A stretch of DNA of 64,000 bases, taken from positions 118,943 through 182,942 of the forward strand of contig MU626274.1 of assembly GCA_025603075.1 (NCBI GenBank), read 5' to 3'. This stretch comes from Neoconidiobolus thromboides FSU 785. Taxonomy: Eukaryota > Fungi > Entomophthoromycota. This document shows positions 1 through 12,516 of this stretch, in pieces. The stretch's first letter is position 1. Every line of letters begins with the position of its first letter. A program made the translations under genes and the position numbers. The notes below the pieces were generated by a model, which was not told where the DNA came from, searched no databases, and worked only from the letters and a program-made list of their open reading frames with translations.

Positions 1-187
1 ATTACTACTTTGATGAAGATTTCTCTAGACTTTGACAATAATATTCAAAAAAAAGGTTCCTATAAGTGGTATCTAACTAAGATCATAAATATATATTTAA
101 AAAATAAAATTATTATTATTAACAGAGGTGGTTCAAAATATAGACGCCTTTAATAAAAGTTTTATTAGAATATTGAAGGCTTTTTAG
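1..187 (+). CDS. Possible 3' end of a gene cut by the window edge (two terminal exons, 1-55 and 126-187)
   Basis: Open frame ITTLMKISLDFDNNIQKK, GT at 56, ...AACAG acceptor at 125, in-frame continuation EVVQNIDAFNKSFIRILKAF then TAG. No homology recognised. Confidence 0.3.
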
Positions 188-380
188 TTTAAGTTTTTTC
201 ATTTTACTTTATAAGATTATGATAATTGTTTTTATAATTTTATGAAGTAGCCTTTTGTAATATAGCATAAATTCCTCTTAGGTTAATATAGTATAGTTTT
301 TACAAATATAAAGCTATTGCTCATTAAAAATAGATACAAGAAGCTGACAGTTTAAAAGTATTGATAAAAACAGACAAAAA

Positions 381-480
381 ATATGGGGATGTATTTTCGT
401 GTTTAGGAATTTTACAAATTTTCCACTCAAATAGCGCTTAAAAAATGGAAGTAATGAAGTCAAAAAAAATACCCCATATG
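381..480 (+). mobile_element. ~105-bp MITE-like repeat, copy 1
   Basis: ATATGGGGATG...ATACCCCATATG termini; core TTTTCCACTCAAATAGCGCTTAAAAAATGGAA. Confidence 0.8.
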
Positions 481-1379
481 TAAAATCCATAATAATTAAT
501 GAAGTGATTATGCAGTTATACGATTACAGCTAAAAAGTATAGTAAATGTTAAATTATAATATTATAATTTGACAAAAACTGTTAACCAAAACTGCTGTTT
601 AAACGATAGTAATTATATTAAAGTATAATAAAATCTTAAAGTGTACAGATTCGAAATGTTCCAATAGAAATTCATGCCAATAAAAAACTACTAATTTTTA
701 GTTGCAGCAGTAATTTTTTTAATTGTGAAAATAGAGTATTTTAACATAAATCCTATAATGATGTTACAACTAGTAACTTTCATTTTTTAATATGCACATA
801 ATTTTCATTGGAGCATTTCGAGTGACTTATATACTTACCCAAAATGGTAATGTTTATTTTGAAGTATTATTATAGCCTTCAATACTAGAAAAAATTAAAT
901 GCTTAAAGGCAAAACTAAAGATTTAAATTCTAAGTTTGAATAATCAAATGAATATCAAATGTTGTTGTAATTAAGATCTGATAATATAAAATAGTTATAA
1001 TTTCTTTTACTAAAGTTTAAAGGAGTTTTCGTATTTACAATTTTTTCACCAAAAGATTTATAAACATTCTATAAAAAATTACTTTAAAAATATGAACTTT
1101 AAAAATATTTTTGTAAAAAACGTGTCACATAAAAAGTAGAAATAAAATAATCAAGTGATATATTAATATTGAGATAAGCATTTCAGATAGAGGTTGCTCA
1201 TTTATAAAGAATAAAACTGTCTATCTATTTTTATAATTATTCAAGTTGAAAACATGAAATTACACCAAATATAGATGATATATATCTAAACTCTAATGAA
1301 ACATCATACGTAATACATTAATGAGTGATTTTTATTATCAATAAAAAGTAAGACATAATTTTAAGAACCAAACAGAATT

Positions 1380-3113
1380 TTAAGCACCAAGCAAATTTAA
1401 AGCATACCTACTTGAATCATTGTCCCCCGTTGTCGAACTTGTATAAGCTAGTGTAAACTGTCGAGGATGCCATGCTAACGAATAAGGTGCTTGGGATCCA
1501 GAAACTTCATGAATGATATCACTGGCTGAAATATCATACTAAGAATAAAGCATTTAATTAGAATGAAATATTAACTAAAATAAAATAGAGTACCAAGGCA
1601 ATTTCGGTATTTTGGCATGCAAAGGCAAGTAGTTTTCCACAATGACTAAAACTTAAATTCTTAACTGGATAGCTAATCAAAATTTAATATAATTTTTAAT
1701 AATAGGTATAAATAATTACGAGCCATAAAATAAAGAGCCTGTACATATCATATTTTGTATATCCCAAATACAGATATTACCATCTACACATCCAACGGCA
1801 AGATGTCTAAAGTAAAAGTCAATATAAAAATTATATTAATTAATCCTAGTCTATTACTTTCCAAACTGATCAATTTCAAGGCTAGTGATTATTGAGTTGG
1901 CAGCGGGTAGAGTATATACGAATTGTAAATTAGGGAAAGAATGAATACTAATATAACCTTGAACAGTTGCAATCAACAAAAAATTCCCATTATGATTCCA
2001 TCGAAGTCTGGTTATCTATGTATATAAATTAAAAATCAACTTTAAATTTCGAAATTATATTTACATGTGATTTATGTGTAAATTCTTTTTCTATTTTACT
2101 CTTTTCAACATCAATAAATGCAACTGTTCCATCCTAAAAAAATGAATTAGAACCATAGGTTTATAGAAACTGTGACTTTACTTTAGCTGCAATTGCAATC
2201 ATATCTTGGATTGGACACCATGCCATATCGATCCCATCAAACGAAATTTTAACTAGTTTAACTACTTCGCTATCTTAACGATATTAATTTATAGTAAATA
2301 AAATAGTAGACTTATTACTCTGAGTATTCCACACCCTTAAAGTTTTGTCATTAGATAAAGTGGCAAGTCTATGTTGGTTATTCAAGTCCCATGCCATTAA
2401 TTCAACACCATGACTTAATCCTTTTAACTCTTTAGCGTAACTTAGTCCAGACTATACATTCAATCAATAAGCGAATAAATAAAAAATAAAAATAATATCA
2501 CTGTGCCAGTTGACTCCCATAATAAAAGTGTTTTATCACGAGAATAAGTTGCCAAAAAGGTACCATTGTAATTCCAAGCTACTTTTTCGATTACATCTCT
2601 ATGTCTATTGAGACTTTGTCTATTTGATGTTCCAAAATTTGGAAAATCAAATTTGGAACTAAAACTATACTGCTGTTGACTCCTCAAATAGCTATAATGA
2701 TTTGCTTCATCATAATAAACATAATCGTTATTTAAATTAAATACTATTTCGCTTGTTGGTCCTGACTCATTTATTTCTTCTTTAATGTCCTGATTTTCTA
2801 AACTATTCTCTGTATTGGCTTGTTGGTTTGTAAAATCACCATAGATTGTGTTGTTGTTATATTCTGGTACATAATAAGTATCAGCTATACTCTGTGGTAA
2901 ATTTATGGCATACTGGTGATTCAAAGCATTAGCTATACCATTGACATAACCTCCATTAACCCCATTTCGCTGTGTTCCATTAATATCTATAATCCCATTT
3001 GCATGCCCATTTGCGTTACTTTGTGCGTCTCCGCTTCGATTATTACTAAAGCTATTGGAATCAGCATTATGATATGGATTGTCAGGTATGATATACGTGC
3101 TATTGTTTGGCAT
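1380..3113 (-). CDS. THOC3: WD40-repeat THO/TREX complex subunit 3 (Tex1/THOC3), multi-exon, with Asn-rich N-terminal extension
   Basis: HRDVIEKVAWNYNGTFLATYSRDKTLLLWE in the ORF track. Hand-spliced downstream exons give WD repeats (AVGCVDGNICIWDIQNMICT, LSFSHCGKLLAFA, SLAWHPRQFTLAY), ending RYALNLLGA*. Confidence 0.8.
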
Positions 3114-3311
3114 TTTATTTTATTTTTCAAACCTAATTACAATAAAAAACACTTACAAAATAAAGTTGTTTAACAAATGGAAACTGAAAATAGTATTCCA
3201 ATTTACTATAGTTTGATTGGAAGATATCACAACAGTTGTTTTAATTGGTCCCACCCTACTTTACTAAATTTACTGAAGCTGTTTTTAATTTTTTAAATTT
3301 ATTTACATAAA

Positions 3312-4121
3312 ATGGATTCAACTACAATCAAACAAGAAGTCGAAGATGAAATTATACGCGAAATGGATATATATATTAATTCAGATCTCAATGAGTGTTT
3401 AAGCTTATTTCAATTTCCAACTATGAACGAAGAGAGTGGACAATCTTTATTTCCAATAGAAACTAAAATAAAACCAAACAGTGGTTTGGTAGAATTAGAG
3501 CTAAAAATTGACACTAATCTTAGTACTTATAATTTTGCAAGAGGAAGAGAATTAGGAGTAGGATTAGATGAAAAATCCGCGGAGACTGATGATATGATGC
3601 ATCATATCACCAAACCAGAAGGACAACTTTATGATCGACACTCATTATCAGGAAAATTAACACCAATCAATGCCCGAAGTTTAGTAGGGGCTATTAAGGA
3701 TAATAGCCTACATCTTACTTTGATTGATAAATCAGCTTCTTTTTCACCCAATTTCAAAGCTTTGGATAACATGAAGCAAAAGTTGAAGGAAGTTCATAAT
3801 GAAAAGGTAAATGATGGCAAGGGAACTGGAGTAGCAAAGGCCGTTCAATTACAATTAATCAATCAAAACAACTTAGGGGAAGAAAGAAAGAGAAGCGTGA
3901 TTGACCAGTTCAGAGAAAGAAATGAAGAGAGTTGGAAAAGAATCCTTTATTTTAATAAGGATTCAGAAGAGAGTGATAAATTGTTTCAAAGACTTTTTAA
4001 CCAGAGCGAGAATGTCATAGAGTTCAACTCGAACAAAATGGACTATTTAAACGCTATTTCAGCTATGAAGGTTGATAATAGTATACCAGATAATAAACAA
4101 AGTGATGCTGATATCGAATAA
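3312..4121 (+). CDS. RPC37: RNA polymerase III subunit RPC5/Rpc37 (Sin-like N-terminal domain)
   Basis: EDEIIREMDIYIN...LFQFP, IKPNSGLVELELKID and VGAIKDNSLHLT match my recollection of the Rpc37/POLR3E Sin_N domain. Confidence 0.85.
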   Translation: MDSTTIKQEVEDEIIREMDIYINSDLNECLSLFQFPTMNEESGQSLFPIETKIKPNSGLVELELKIDTNLSTYNFARGRELGVGLDEKSAETDDMMHHITKPEGQLYDRHSLSGKLTPINARSLVGAIKDNSLHLTLIDKSASFSPNFKALDNMKQKLKEVHNEKVNDGKGTGVAKAVQLQLINQNNLGEERKRSVIDQFRERNEESWKRILYFNKDSEESDKLFQRLFNQSENVIEFNSNKMDYLNAISAMKVDNSIPDNKQSDADIE

Positions 4122-4578
4122 AAGAGGTCATAAGTTATATGGGAATAAAGTTGATAGAATATTGCTACATTTATGATTTCGCCTTATATTTTGTTTAAAT
4201 ATTTAAATAAAATCAAGTATAGTAGTGTAATTTTCTTGTAAAATTCTTGTTAATACTTACATAATTGAGCTTTCTTTGGGAATAAGCTTTTTATCCATCC
4301 ATTTCTATACTCATTAAAGCAAATAATTAAAAACTATATAAGATATAAAAAAAGAGGTTTATTATAGAAAATTTTTAAGATTTTTTTATCTCATAATATG
4401 GTCAAATAATTACAGTTTAAACTGATTTTATTTTACACTAAAATCTTAAAAAATAGCAACCAAATTCGTCCCTTCAAAATACGCAATACTTCTTCCGTTT
4501 TTGCACTGCTGTTGCAATTTTTAATAAGCTAAAAAAGACAAATTCAAACCTTAATTCTGTATTTTTTTCAAAAGATTC

Positions 4579-6500
4579 ATGATGCAAAATCAAGGTGGAG
4601 GTTTTAACACATCTGGCTTTGGAGCTCAAAACGTGAGTAAACCAACAACGATTAATACGTTTGGCCAATCAAGTACTCAAAATAAGCCTACTTTGTCTTT
4701 GACCGGGAATAATAGTGGCTCTGCTTTTGGTGCATCTACTCAACAGGGAGGTAGTTTGTTTGGAGGCACTTCTACTAGTACTCAACAAAGCGGTAATCTT
4801 TTTGGGAGCGCTTCAAGCAATACTCAGCAAGGAGGTAGCTTATTTGGAAATACTTCTGCTACCGCACAACAGGGTAGTAATTTGTTTGGAAGTGCCTCAA
4901 ATACTACCCAACAAAATAGTGGTTTATTTGGAAATACTTCAACTACTTCTCAGCAAGGAGCTGGTTTATTTGGGAATACTTCAGTTACTAACCAAACAGT
5001 CAACAACTTAGGCGGCTTTGGTCAAAAGAATGGATTATCTATAAATACAGCTACTACCCAAGCTGGAGCTTTCGGTTCTTCGTTATCTCAACCAAATACT
5101 GCGTTATTTCCAAATAATACATTAAATGCTAAGAGTACCGCGATTGCTACACAAGGTATGAATGATTATGAATTTTGTTTTTTTAAAATTAATTACTTTA
5201 GGATTCAATTTTAATCTTCAGAAGAGTGGTACAGGATTCGGAACTATTACCCAACCAAGTACCAGCTTTAATACCAATTTACAGCAATCTCAGGGGCAAT
5301 TTAATCCCAATGCAAAACAATATTTAACTGGAGGAGAAGGTGCAATTCAATTGAATGCTACTAACTTATTAAATCCTAATCGACAAGAAGATGCTAATGG
5401 ATTTGTAATAAACAGTGGACTTTTTGATGAAAATAGTAAAGAAATTCCAGCTCGATTAGTTACTGGTGGTAGTAAACCTGTTATAATATTACCTGTAAAA
5501 GATCAGGATGGTAATTATAATACTGAAAAAGGACCATTTTTATTTAAAAGACCAAACACTGGATTAGAAAGTAAAACATTTTAGCTTATATTTAAACCAA
5601 CATTAATTTTATTTAGATTATAGATCTGAATTCACTAACAATACAGTCACTACTTTAAATCAAACTAGCTCTATAAACCAAGCTCCACCTCAACATCAAT
5701 CTGTGCCCTTCGGAGACATCCGAGTGGACGTAAGTAAAGACAAAGAGATAGCTGAAAGCAAAGAAAAGGAGAAACAAAAAGAAAAGGAAGAAGAAAAGGA
5801 AAAGCAAAAAGATATACATATAAAGGACGCTTCGTTGAGATCATTTTTAACATATATTGATCCATTTAAAGACCATGGCACAAAAATGGCAAATGATAGA
5901 ATGTATGTCGATCCTAGATCTTTAGATCCAACTTTTGATATGACAAAATTATTGTTTTTTAATGGAAATAAAGAGGTAAAACGAGAAGTAGCTCAAAAAT
6001 ATTCTAGAGTCACTCCAGAACAAAGTGAAGACTACGATATTTTAATTACACCTGATATCCAATGTATGACCGAAAATGAATTAAAAAGTGTAAATAATTT
6101 AAGGATTACTATTCGTAATACAATTGATATAGACTTTTATATGCCTGTTGATCTATCAGAGTACCATGGAATGGATTTAGAATCTAAATTACTACAACTT
6201 GTTAATGTACACCGCCTTGATTTTAAGTTATATCCAGATCACGTTCGCCCTGAATTCGGTAAAGGAATCAATGTACCTTGTAAAGTAACAGTGCAAAGCA
6301 GCTGGAACTATTATAAATTTATTCATAATCTTAGCAATGCCAAATATGACGATTGTTTGAAATTCGTCGAAGGAGTATTAAAGCAAAAAGAAGATTGCCA
6401 TTTTATAAAGTATGATTTTGATAGAGATCAATGGATCTTTATGTATGCCACGGGAGACTATTATAAAGGTATAAAGACAGCGGACTACTATAAGATATAA
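4579..6500 (+). CDS. GLFG/FG-repeat nucleoporin with C-terminal Nup98-type autoproteolytic-domain (APD) fold, Nup98/Nup100/Nup116-like; 3 exons
   Basis: xLFG repeats in a Q/N/S/T-rich region. GT-AG introns at ~5156 and ~5571 join three ORF-track frames. C-terminal LYPDHVRPEFGKGINVPCKVTV...FIKYDFDRDQWIF resembles the Nucleoporin2/peptidase S59 domain. Confidence 0.8.
4740..4990 (+). repeat. Degenerate 39-bp (13-aa) coding tandem repeat QQxxxLFGxxSxT
   Basis: About six units seen in translation (QQGGSLFG, QQSGNLFG, QQGGSLFG, QQGSNLFG, QQNSGLFG, QQGAGLFG). Confidence 0.8.
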
Positions 6501-6564
6501 AGGTAAAAATAATAAAAATAACAACAAAATAAAAGTGAGCAATATGTTTTATTGAAAATTATTT

Positions 6565-8116
6565 TTAACTTATATTGAACATATTTTTGTATAATTTTGA
6601 GATAATAATTTCTCATAAATCAATTTGAATTGATTTAAATTACAGTAAACGGGACAGTTTGGAAGTTGGATTACCTTTTCATTTAATAAAAATCTTAATT
6701 CAAAATCACCTTTACATTGATAGACCTCAATATGAATATTACCTGCAAAGGGTGCAATGTCACTTGTTTTGAATTCACGTTGTTGAATTTGGTCTAAATT
6801 TAAATCTGATGTTAAGGTTATATTATCTTTAAATAGACTCTAAGAGATTATGAATATTAAATACAACATAATTATAACGATACTCACCAAAGCACTAACA
6901 AAGAATAAAATAGTTTCACTATGGGTGAATGAAAGCGTGGTAACTTTATCTAATTGAATTTGATCTAATAAAAACTTAATCAAATCTACTGCCAAATACA
7001 TGTTAATTTCATTTCCATAACTATAGTTATAATAATCCATTAAATCAAAATAATAGCTTAAAATAACCAAATCTTTTTGTTTAAATATACTACAAAACTG
7101 CTTTTCGAGATTGAATAAGCTATAGTCAAAACTACATAGCTTAAATAATACTACCACTTCTTCAAAAGTAAATAAAACATTTAATTCTTCATTTAACTGC
7201 TGTTGGATTTTTGGAAAATATTTCATTTCATATTTCGTTAACTCTTTTTTTAACATGTGATTGTCCTCTATCTCTTTCCCCCAGTACTTACATCCTTTTT
7301 TAATTTCTAATCGACTATCAGTTTCCTAGCAATAATTAGGCAATCAAATTGATAATTTAAATCAGTTTTACTTGCTGTAAAGTTTGTACATAGAAAGGAC
7401 TAACTCTGGCTTTTGTCAACTCACCTTTACCCTCAAACAATGAAATACCATATGAACTGCCTGATATTACAGTCCTATAATAATACATCAATACATGCCT
7501 CTCATTATCAAATTATATCGCAATTACCTGCTAACGCTAGAAGAATAAAAATCAAAGTCCACTGGGTTATAGGTTGTATTTAACAGCTTCTTATATCTAA
7601 CCAAATCTCGTTTCGCTAACTGATACAGCTCTTGCTTTCCTATCAAATGTAACTGGGAGTACTCTTTGGCGTTGTATGGAGATTTCTATTATGTAGTATA
7701 GTATCAGTACATTATTTGATATGTAGCAGCTCTTGACTTACCCAATGGTTCAAAAAGGCGTATGGTGGCGAAAATGTATTATTTTGTAACAAAGTTTCTA
7801 GTTTTTTAAAAGACTTTATATCGGACGAACTTGGATTTCTTGTACCTTCAAGTTGATTCATTAACTTAAGTTTCAAAATAATTTTTCTATAGCTTACCAT
7901 GACGTGCTACCTATTTTTATCATATCAATAAATATAAATAGTTATTTTTATATTATTTACCAAATGAACCTGCTTTAAATGACAACCAGTTGGTGCTTTC
8001 GCTTCATTAACTTTTCCGTTGAATCGATATCTTGATTTAGTTCCTAGATAATCAGAAAGTTCTGACTTGCAAAGGATAAGGTTTGACAATAATAGCACTA
8101 ATACTAGTAGCTGCAT
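6565..8116 (-). CDS. MINPP1: Secreted/ER histidine acid phosphatase, MINPP1/phytase type, multi-exon
   Basis: Signal peptide and DYLGTKSRY. Spliced RHGTRNP catalytic motif, HSETIL (HAET-like), APFAGNIHIEVYQC and LRFLLNEKVIQLPNC tail. Confidence 0.85.
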
Positions 8117-8513
8117 TTCTTTCTAACAAGATGTCTTTATACCATTCGATTTTTGATTTTTTTATACTTTTAATTAAAGCAGGTGGTTTACTCCAAATTA
8201 TTTATTGGCTACTATGATTTGAGTTTAAAAATTCGAAATGTTTTAAAATAGAGTTTTATGATAAAAGTTATATTTCTGCATATTATCATTTAATTTAATG
8301 CTATTATTTCAAATAATATAAAATATATGAAATAATTATAATTATAATCATAATATCTCAATACCTTTAAATTTTCATGACTTGGTTTATTAAAACGTTA
8401 ATAAAAAATATATTCGGCTATAAACTACGTAACAAAATTAATATCAATGCAACAATAAAAAATTAAAATAATTTCCACAAAAAATCACTTTTCTCAACAA
8501 CAATCCCAACGAG

Positions 8514-10080
8514 ATGGAATTTCTAAACAGTGTTGGTAGTTCAGAGGACGTCTATAGACCTTCATTGTTTGAACTGATTGCCCAAGATAGACTTAATGAT
8601 TTATTTCGACCTGCTCTAAGATATATATTAACTGTAACTGGACAAAAATAAACATTTAAACTTCAACTAAAGATCTAACGTTCTAGGTATATGCTCAACG
8701 ATATCCAAGATACTTAATCAACATGCTAAGCTATTATGACGAGTTGTATGTCTTATTAATGCTTGTTATCGAAAGACATTATTTATATGACTGGAGTAAA
8801 AAAGAATTCTAAATTTTAAAAGAATAATGGCTAAGATTCTTTTATTATAGACGCTTCATTTTCCGAAAGTTTCTATGGTTTGAGAAGACTAAAGAAGTTC
8901 ACTGATAATCAAATGATTGAAAATTATGAAGCTAAAAGCTTAGAAACAGCAACTCAAATGGTTATCAATAATGATTTGAGCCCAAAGCAAATCAATAAGT
9001 CATTGTTCTTTTTGGTAAATGAAATATCTAGTTTTTGATATTTTGTTTATATTTTATTTAGGCTTTTGTTCCTTATTTTAAATGCAAAATGGATGACTTA
9101 TATCAAAGTTTAACTGGTGGTGAAGCAGCTAGATTACTAGGGGATGACTTGTTTGAAGAAGAAGACGAAGAAGAGGAAATGGAAACTAGCATTAAGCAAG
9201 TAATCGAAAATCAAATACCTGAGTTTATAAAAAGGAATATAAATATGGTAACGAACAATAATATATATGACGACATTTGGTATTAAATTATTGGCAATTT
9301 AGAAACCCATATTAAAATTAGGATTTACAGTTAAAAATAAGTTAAAAAAAGGGTTTATTGCTGGCTATCCTTTTGCTCATTTATTTTATCATGCTATTCC
9401 TTTAACTTATTATATCGCTTATTTGTTTGAAACAAGTGATTATCATTCTCCAGTAAACCAGTTTTTAGGTTTATATATTAAAAGAATGGGTGAAGAAGAC
9501 TACGTAAGTATAATAATGTAATTCATAATTATAGATTAAACTAAAGCAAAAATAAAATAGAGAGCAAGAGATACTCGTAAACAACGAGAAATGCAAAAGA
9601 TTATGCAAAATTATTCGAAGTTGAGTAGACCAAAGAAGATATTACAACTAAGTTTTATCATTTTAAAGTATGGTATCAACTTTTTAAAAATTTTATTACC
9701 AATGTCAGTGTTTGTTTTAAAGTTTTTGGAATGGTGGTATTCTTCGAATTCATTTCAAAAATCGAATGATAGTAGTATAGGTCCTTTACCCCCACCACCT
9801 GAGCCAATTAAAGTAGTATAATTTGTTTATTTGGTTATATTGTATTAACTTATTTATATTATAGCCAAACAAAAACGGATTGCCATTACCCTCAGATAAC
9901 AGTTCCTGTGCCATTTGCTTAAGAAAACGTAGTAATCCAGCCATGCTATCTACTGGTTATACCTTCTGTTATCCCTGTATCTTTCAATATATTCAAGAAC
10001 ACTCCAAGTGTCCAATCACTTTTCATCATGTTGATTTAGAAGACATTAGAAAATTATTTATTGAAGAAACAATGATTTGA
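8514..10080 (+). CDS. PEX12: Peroxisomal biogenesis factor 12, multi-exon
   Basis: [46 protein letters not shown] and C-terminal [29 protein letters not shown]...CPIT. Confidence 0.93.
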
Positions 10081-10647
10081 AAAATTACGAACATTCATAA
10101 TAATGTACTGGACTGTTGTACAATAAATACTCTAATTTTTACTGAATTTGATTTTTACTGAATTTACTATTCTCACAATTTCTTTTATCTTCAGGCAAAT
10201 GAGTTGAATTAAAAATAAGTTATCCCTGCAATGATGACATCAATGATTTTTATTTAATAATTTGTAGAAAAACTGAGTGATGCAGTTGTTACGACTCTTT
10301 TTCAAAATATTTGGTGGTAATTTTTATATTAAAATTAATCTAAATGGATTTTATAATGCTTAATCCTTAAGTTTTAATCATTTCATCAAAATTTATTTTT
10401 AAATCAATAGTAAAACATCTCATAAAAGAACTGCAACAGCAGTAAAATTAAGATAACGATTTCCCAACAAAATCCAAACTAAAACCTGAAAAAAAATGCA
10501 ATTTGATGCTCCAATAAAAGGAATAGATTTACTCTCAGCACAGAATAACATGGAGAAAGTTGACGTAATTCAAAAAATCAGGGTCAATGTAAGGCATATA
10601 AATAAGATGAAACTGAGATTAAATCTCCACTTTTTATACACTCAAAA

Positions 10648-11715
10648 ATGGATAAAGTTAAATACTACGAAGCTCAACTTGATAAAGAGCTTTCTAAAAC
10701 GCCCTTGATTCGTAAATTAGAGCAGGTAACTACTGTCCCTAAAGTTTATTTATTTCTTGGTTTCTCTGCTATCATTACCATCCTAGTCTTTTTTGACATT
10801 GGCGGAGCTTTTATCACTACCTTTGTAGGTTGGTTAGTACCTGCCTTTTACTCATTAAGAGCTTTAGAAACAAAAACAAAAGACGATGATGTACAATGGC
10901 TTACCTATTGGTCTGTCTACGGCTTTTTATCTGTCTTTGAATTTTTTACTCCTGTCATCCTCTATCTCATCCCATTCTACTACTTTTTTAAATTAGTAAT
11001 CATCCTCTATTTGATGTTACCTTACTACCGTGGTGCTGAAAAGTTACATGCTTCCACTTTACGCCCCTTATTTTTAAAGTTGACTAGCACTGTTGATGAC
11101 CTTGTAAATGATAAAACAACCATCAATGAAGTAGTAGGTGAAATGAAGGCTTCAGCCGAAGCCGCAGCTGTACAGCTTGAAAAAACAGCAGCTCAAGCTG
11201 CTTCCACTGCCACAGAAAAGGCCAATGTAGCATATCAAAACGTTAAAGAAAATGTAAGTGCTGCAGCTACTAAGGCATCGGAGACAGCCAATTCCGCAGT
11301 AGAAACTGTTAAAGAAAATGTAGGCCAAGCAGTTGGAGTAGTTAAAGAAAATGCTGCTTTGGCAGCTGAAACTGTTAAAGAAAATGTAGGTCAAGCAGTT
11401 GAAACAGCTAAGGAAAATGCTACTTTGGTCGCTGAGACCGCCTCGCATCAGGCCAATGCTGCATATGAAGCTACCAAGGATGGTGTGAATTCAGCAGTAG
11501 GAACTGCACAGCAAGGGCTCAATTCAGCAGTTGAGACCACAAAGCAAGGTGTTGATTCAGCGGTTGGAACTGCACAGCAAGGTGTGAATGCTGCTACTGA
11601 AAAAGCAGGAGAAGTAAAAGAAGAGGTAAAAGTACAAGCAGCTGAAGCAGTTGATGAAGCTAATAAGGTAGTGGATGAAACTATTGCAGAGGCAGAAAGT
11701 AAGAAAGATTTATAA
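10648..11715 (+). CDS. YOP1: YOP1/REEP (TB2/DP1/HVA22) ER-shaping protein with long 11-mer-repeat C-terminal tail
   Basis: VGWLVPAFYSLRALETKTKDDDVQWLTYWSVYGFLSVFEFF...PFYYFFKL is the canonical DP1/Yop1 domain. Confidence 0.92.
   Translation: MDKVKYYEAQLDKELSKTPLIRKLEQVTTVPKVYLFLGFSAIITILVFFDIGGAFITTFVGWLVPAFYSLRALETKTKDDDVQWLTYWSVYGFLSVFEFFTPVILYLIPFYYFFKLVIILYLMLPYYRGAEKLHASTLRPLFLKLTSTVDDLVNDKTTINEVVGEMKASAEAAAVQLEKTAAQAASTATEKANVAYQNVKENVSAAATKASETANSAVETVKENVGQAVGVVKENAALAAETVKENVGQAVETAKENATLVAETASHQANAAYEATKDGVNSAVGTAQQGLNSAVETTKQGVDSAVGTAQQGVNAATEKAGEVKEEVKVQAAEAVDEANKVVDETIAEAESKKDL
11296..11625 (+). repeat. 33-bp (11-aa) coding tandem repeat, about 10 units
   Basis: AVETVKENVGQ/AVGVVKENAAL/AAETVKENVGQ/AVETAKENATL/VAETASHQANA/AYEATKDGVNS/AVGTAQQGLNS/AVETTKQGVDS/AVGTAQQGVNA/ATEKAGEVKEE. 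Confidence 0.85.
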
Positions 11716-12249
11716 ATTATTAAATTAGTAGCCTTGCATTATTAGTGCTTCCTTTTTTTATTAACGGCTTACGCTGATAACTTGAGTCTTTCATTATCTA
11801 TCGCTTTAAATTTTATTAAAGTTAATGCTTAAAAGTATATTTTTCAAATGTTTTTTAATAATTGATCTAATTTGACAAGTATATATATATATAAAGGTAT
11901 TTTAATAAATTATATTTACTTGATTTAAGCTAAATTGTTATTTTATGAATAATGTAATATATCATTATATATTTAAAGGTACAACTTAGTTTAAGTATTC
12001 TTATAAATAACATTTGAAAATCATAAACTATAAATTTTGTTTTTTTAAAATAAGCAAATGAAAATCTATGCCAATCTATAATTTACTTCTAAAATTAAAA
12101 CTAGACAGTAATAGAAAAAATTGATCTCAACCAAAAATCTTTAATTTATGAAAAAACTTCAAGTATTAAAATAAAAACTCAAACTTCACTCCCTTTCATA
12201 ATAATTCTATTTTGATATATTGTATTTACTCTCACTTTGTCATTTAAGA

Positions 12250-12516
12250 ATGTTATTTCCTAACATTTATTATATACTCCCTTTTCTCGCATCGTCTGTA
12301 TTAAGTGCTGCCACAGATACAACCTCTGAATACCCAAGGGTTCAAATGAAGACACCAGGATGGTATGGAACCAATATATTTAATAATAAGGTCTATGTTT
12401 TTAAACATAGATTACTTACGAATTCATTACCAACTAGGATTATGCTTAAAAAATCAAGGTCCGAATTTAATCAAACTATTGAACAATATGAGGTTATTGC
12501 TGAAGATTTGGAATGA
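12250..12516 (+). CDS. Putative small secreted protein of unknown function (possibly frameshifted)
   Basis: ATG at 12250 followed by signal-peptide-like MLFPNIYYILPFLASSVLSA; no family recognised. Confidence 0.45.
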   Translation: MLFPNIYYILPFLASSVLSAATDTTSEYPRVQMKTPGWYGTNIFNNKVYVFKHRLLTNSLPTRIMLKKSRSEFNQTIEQYEVIAEDLE

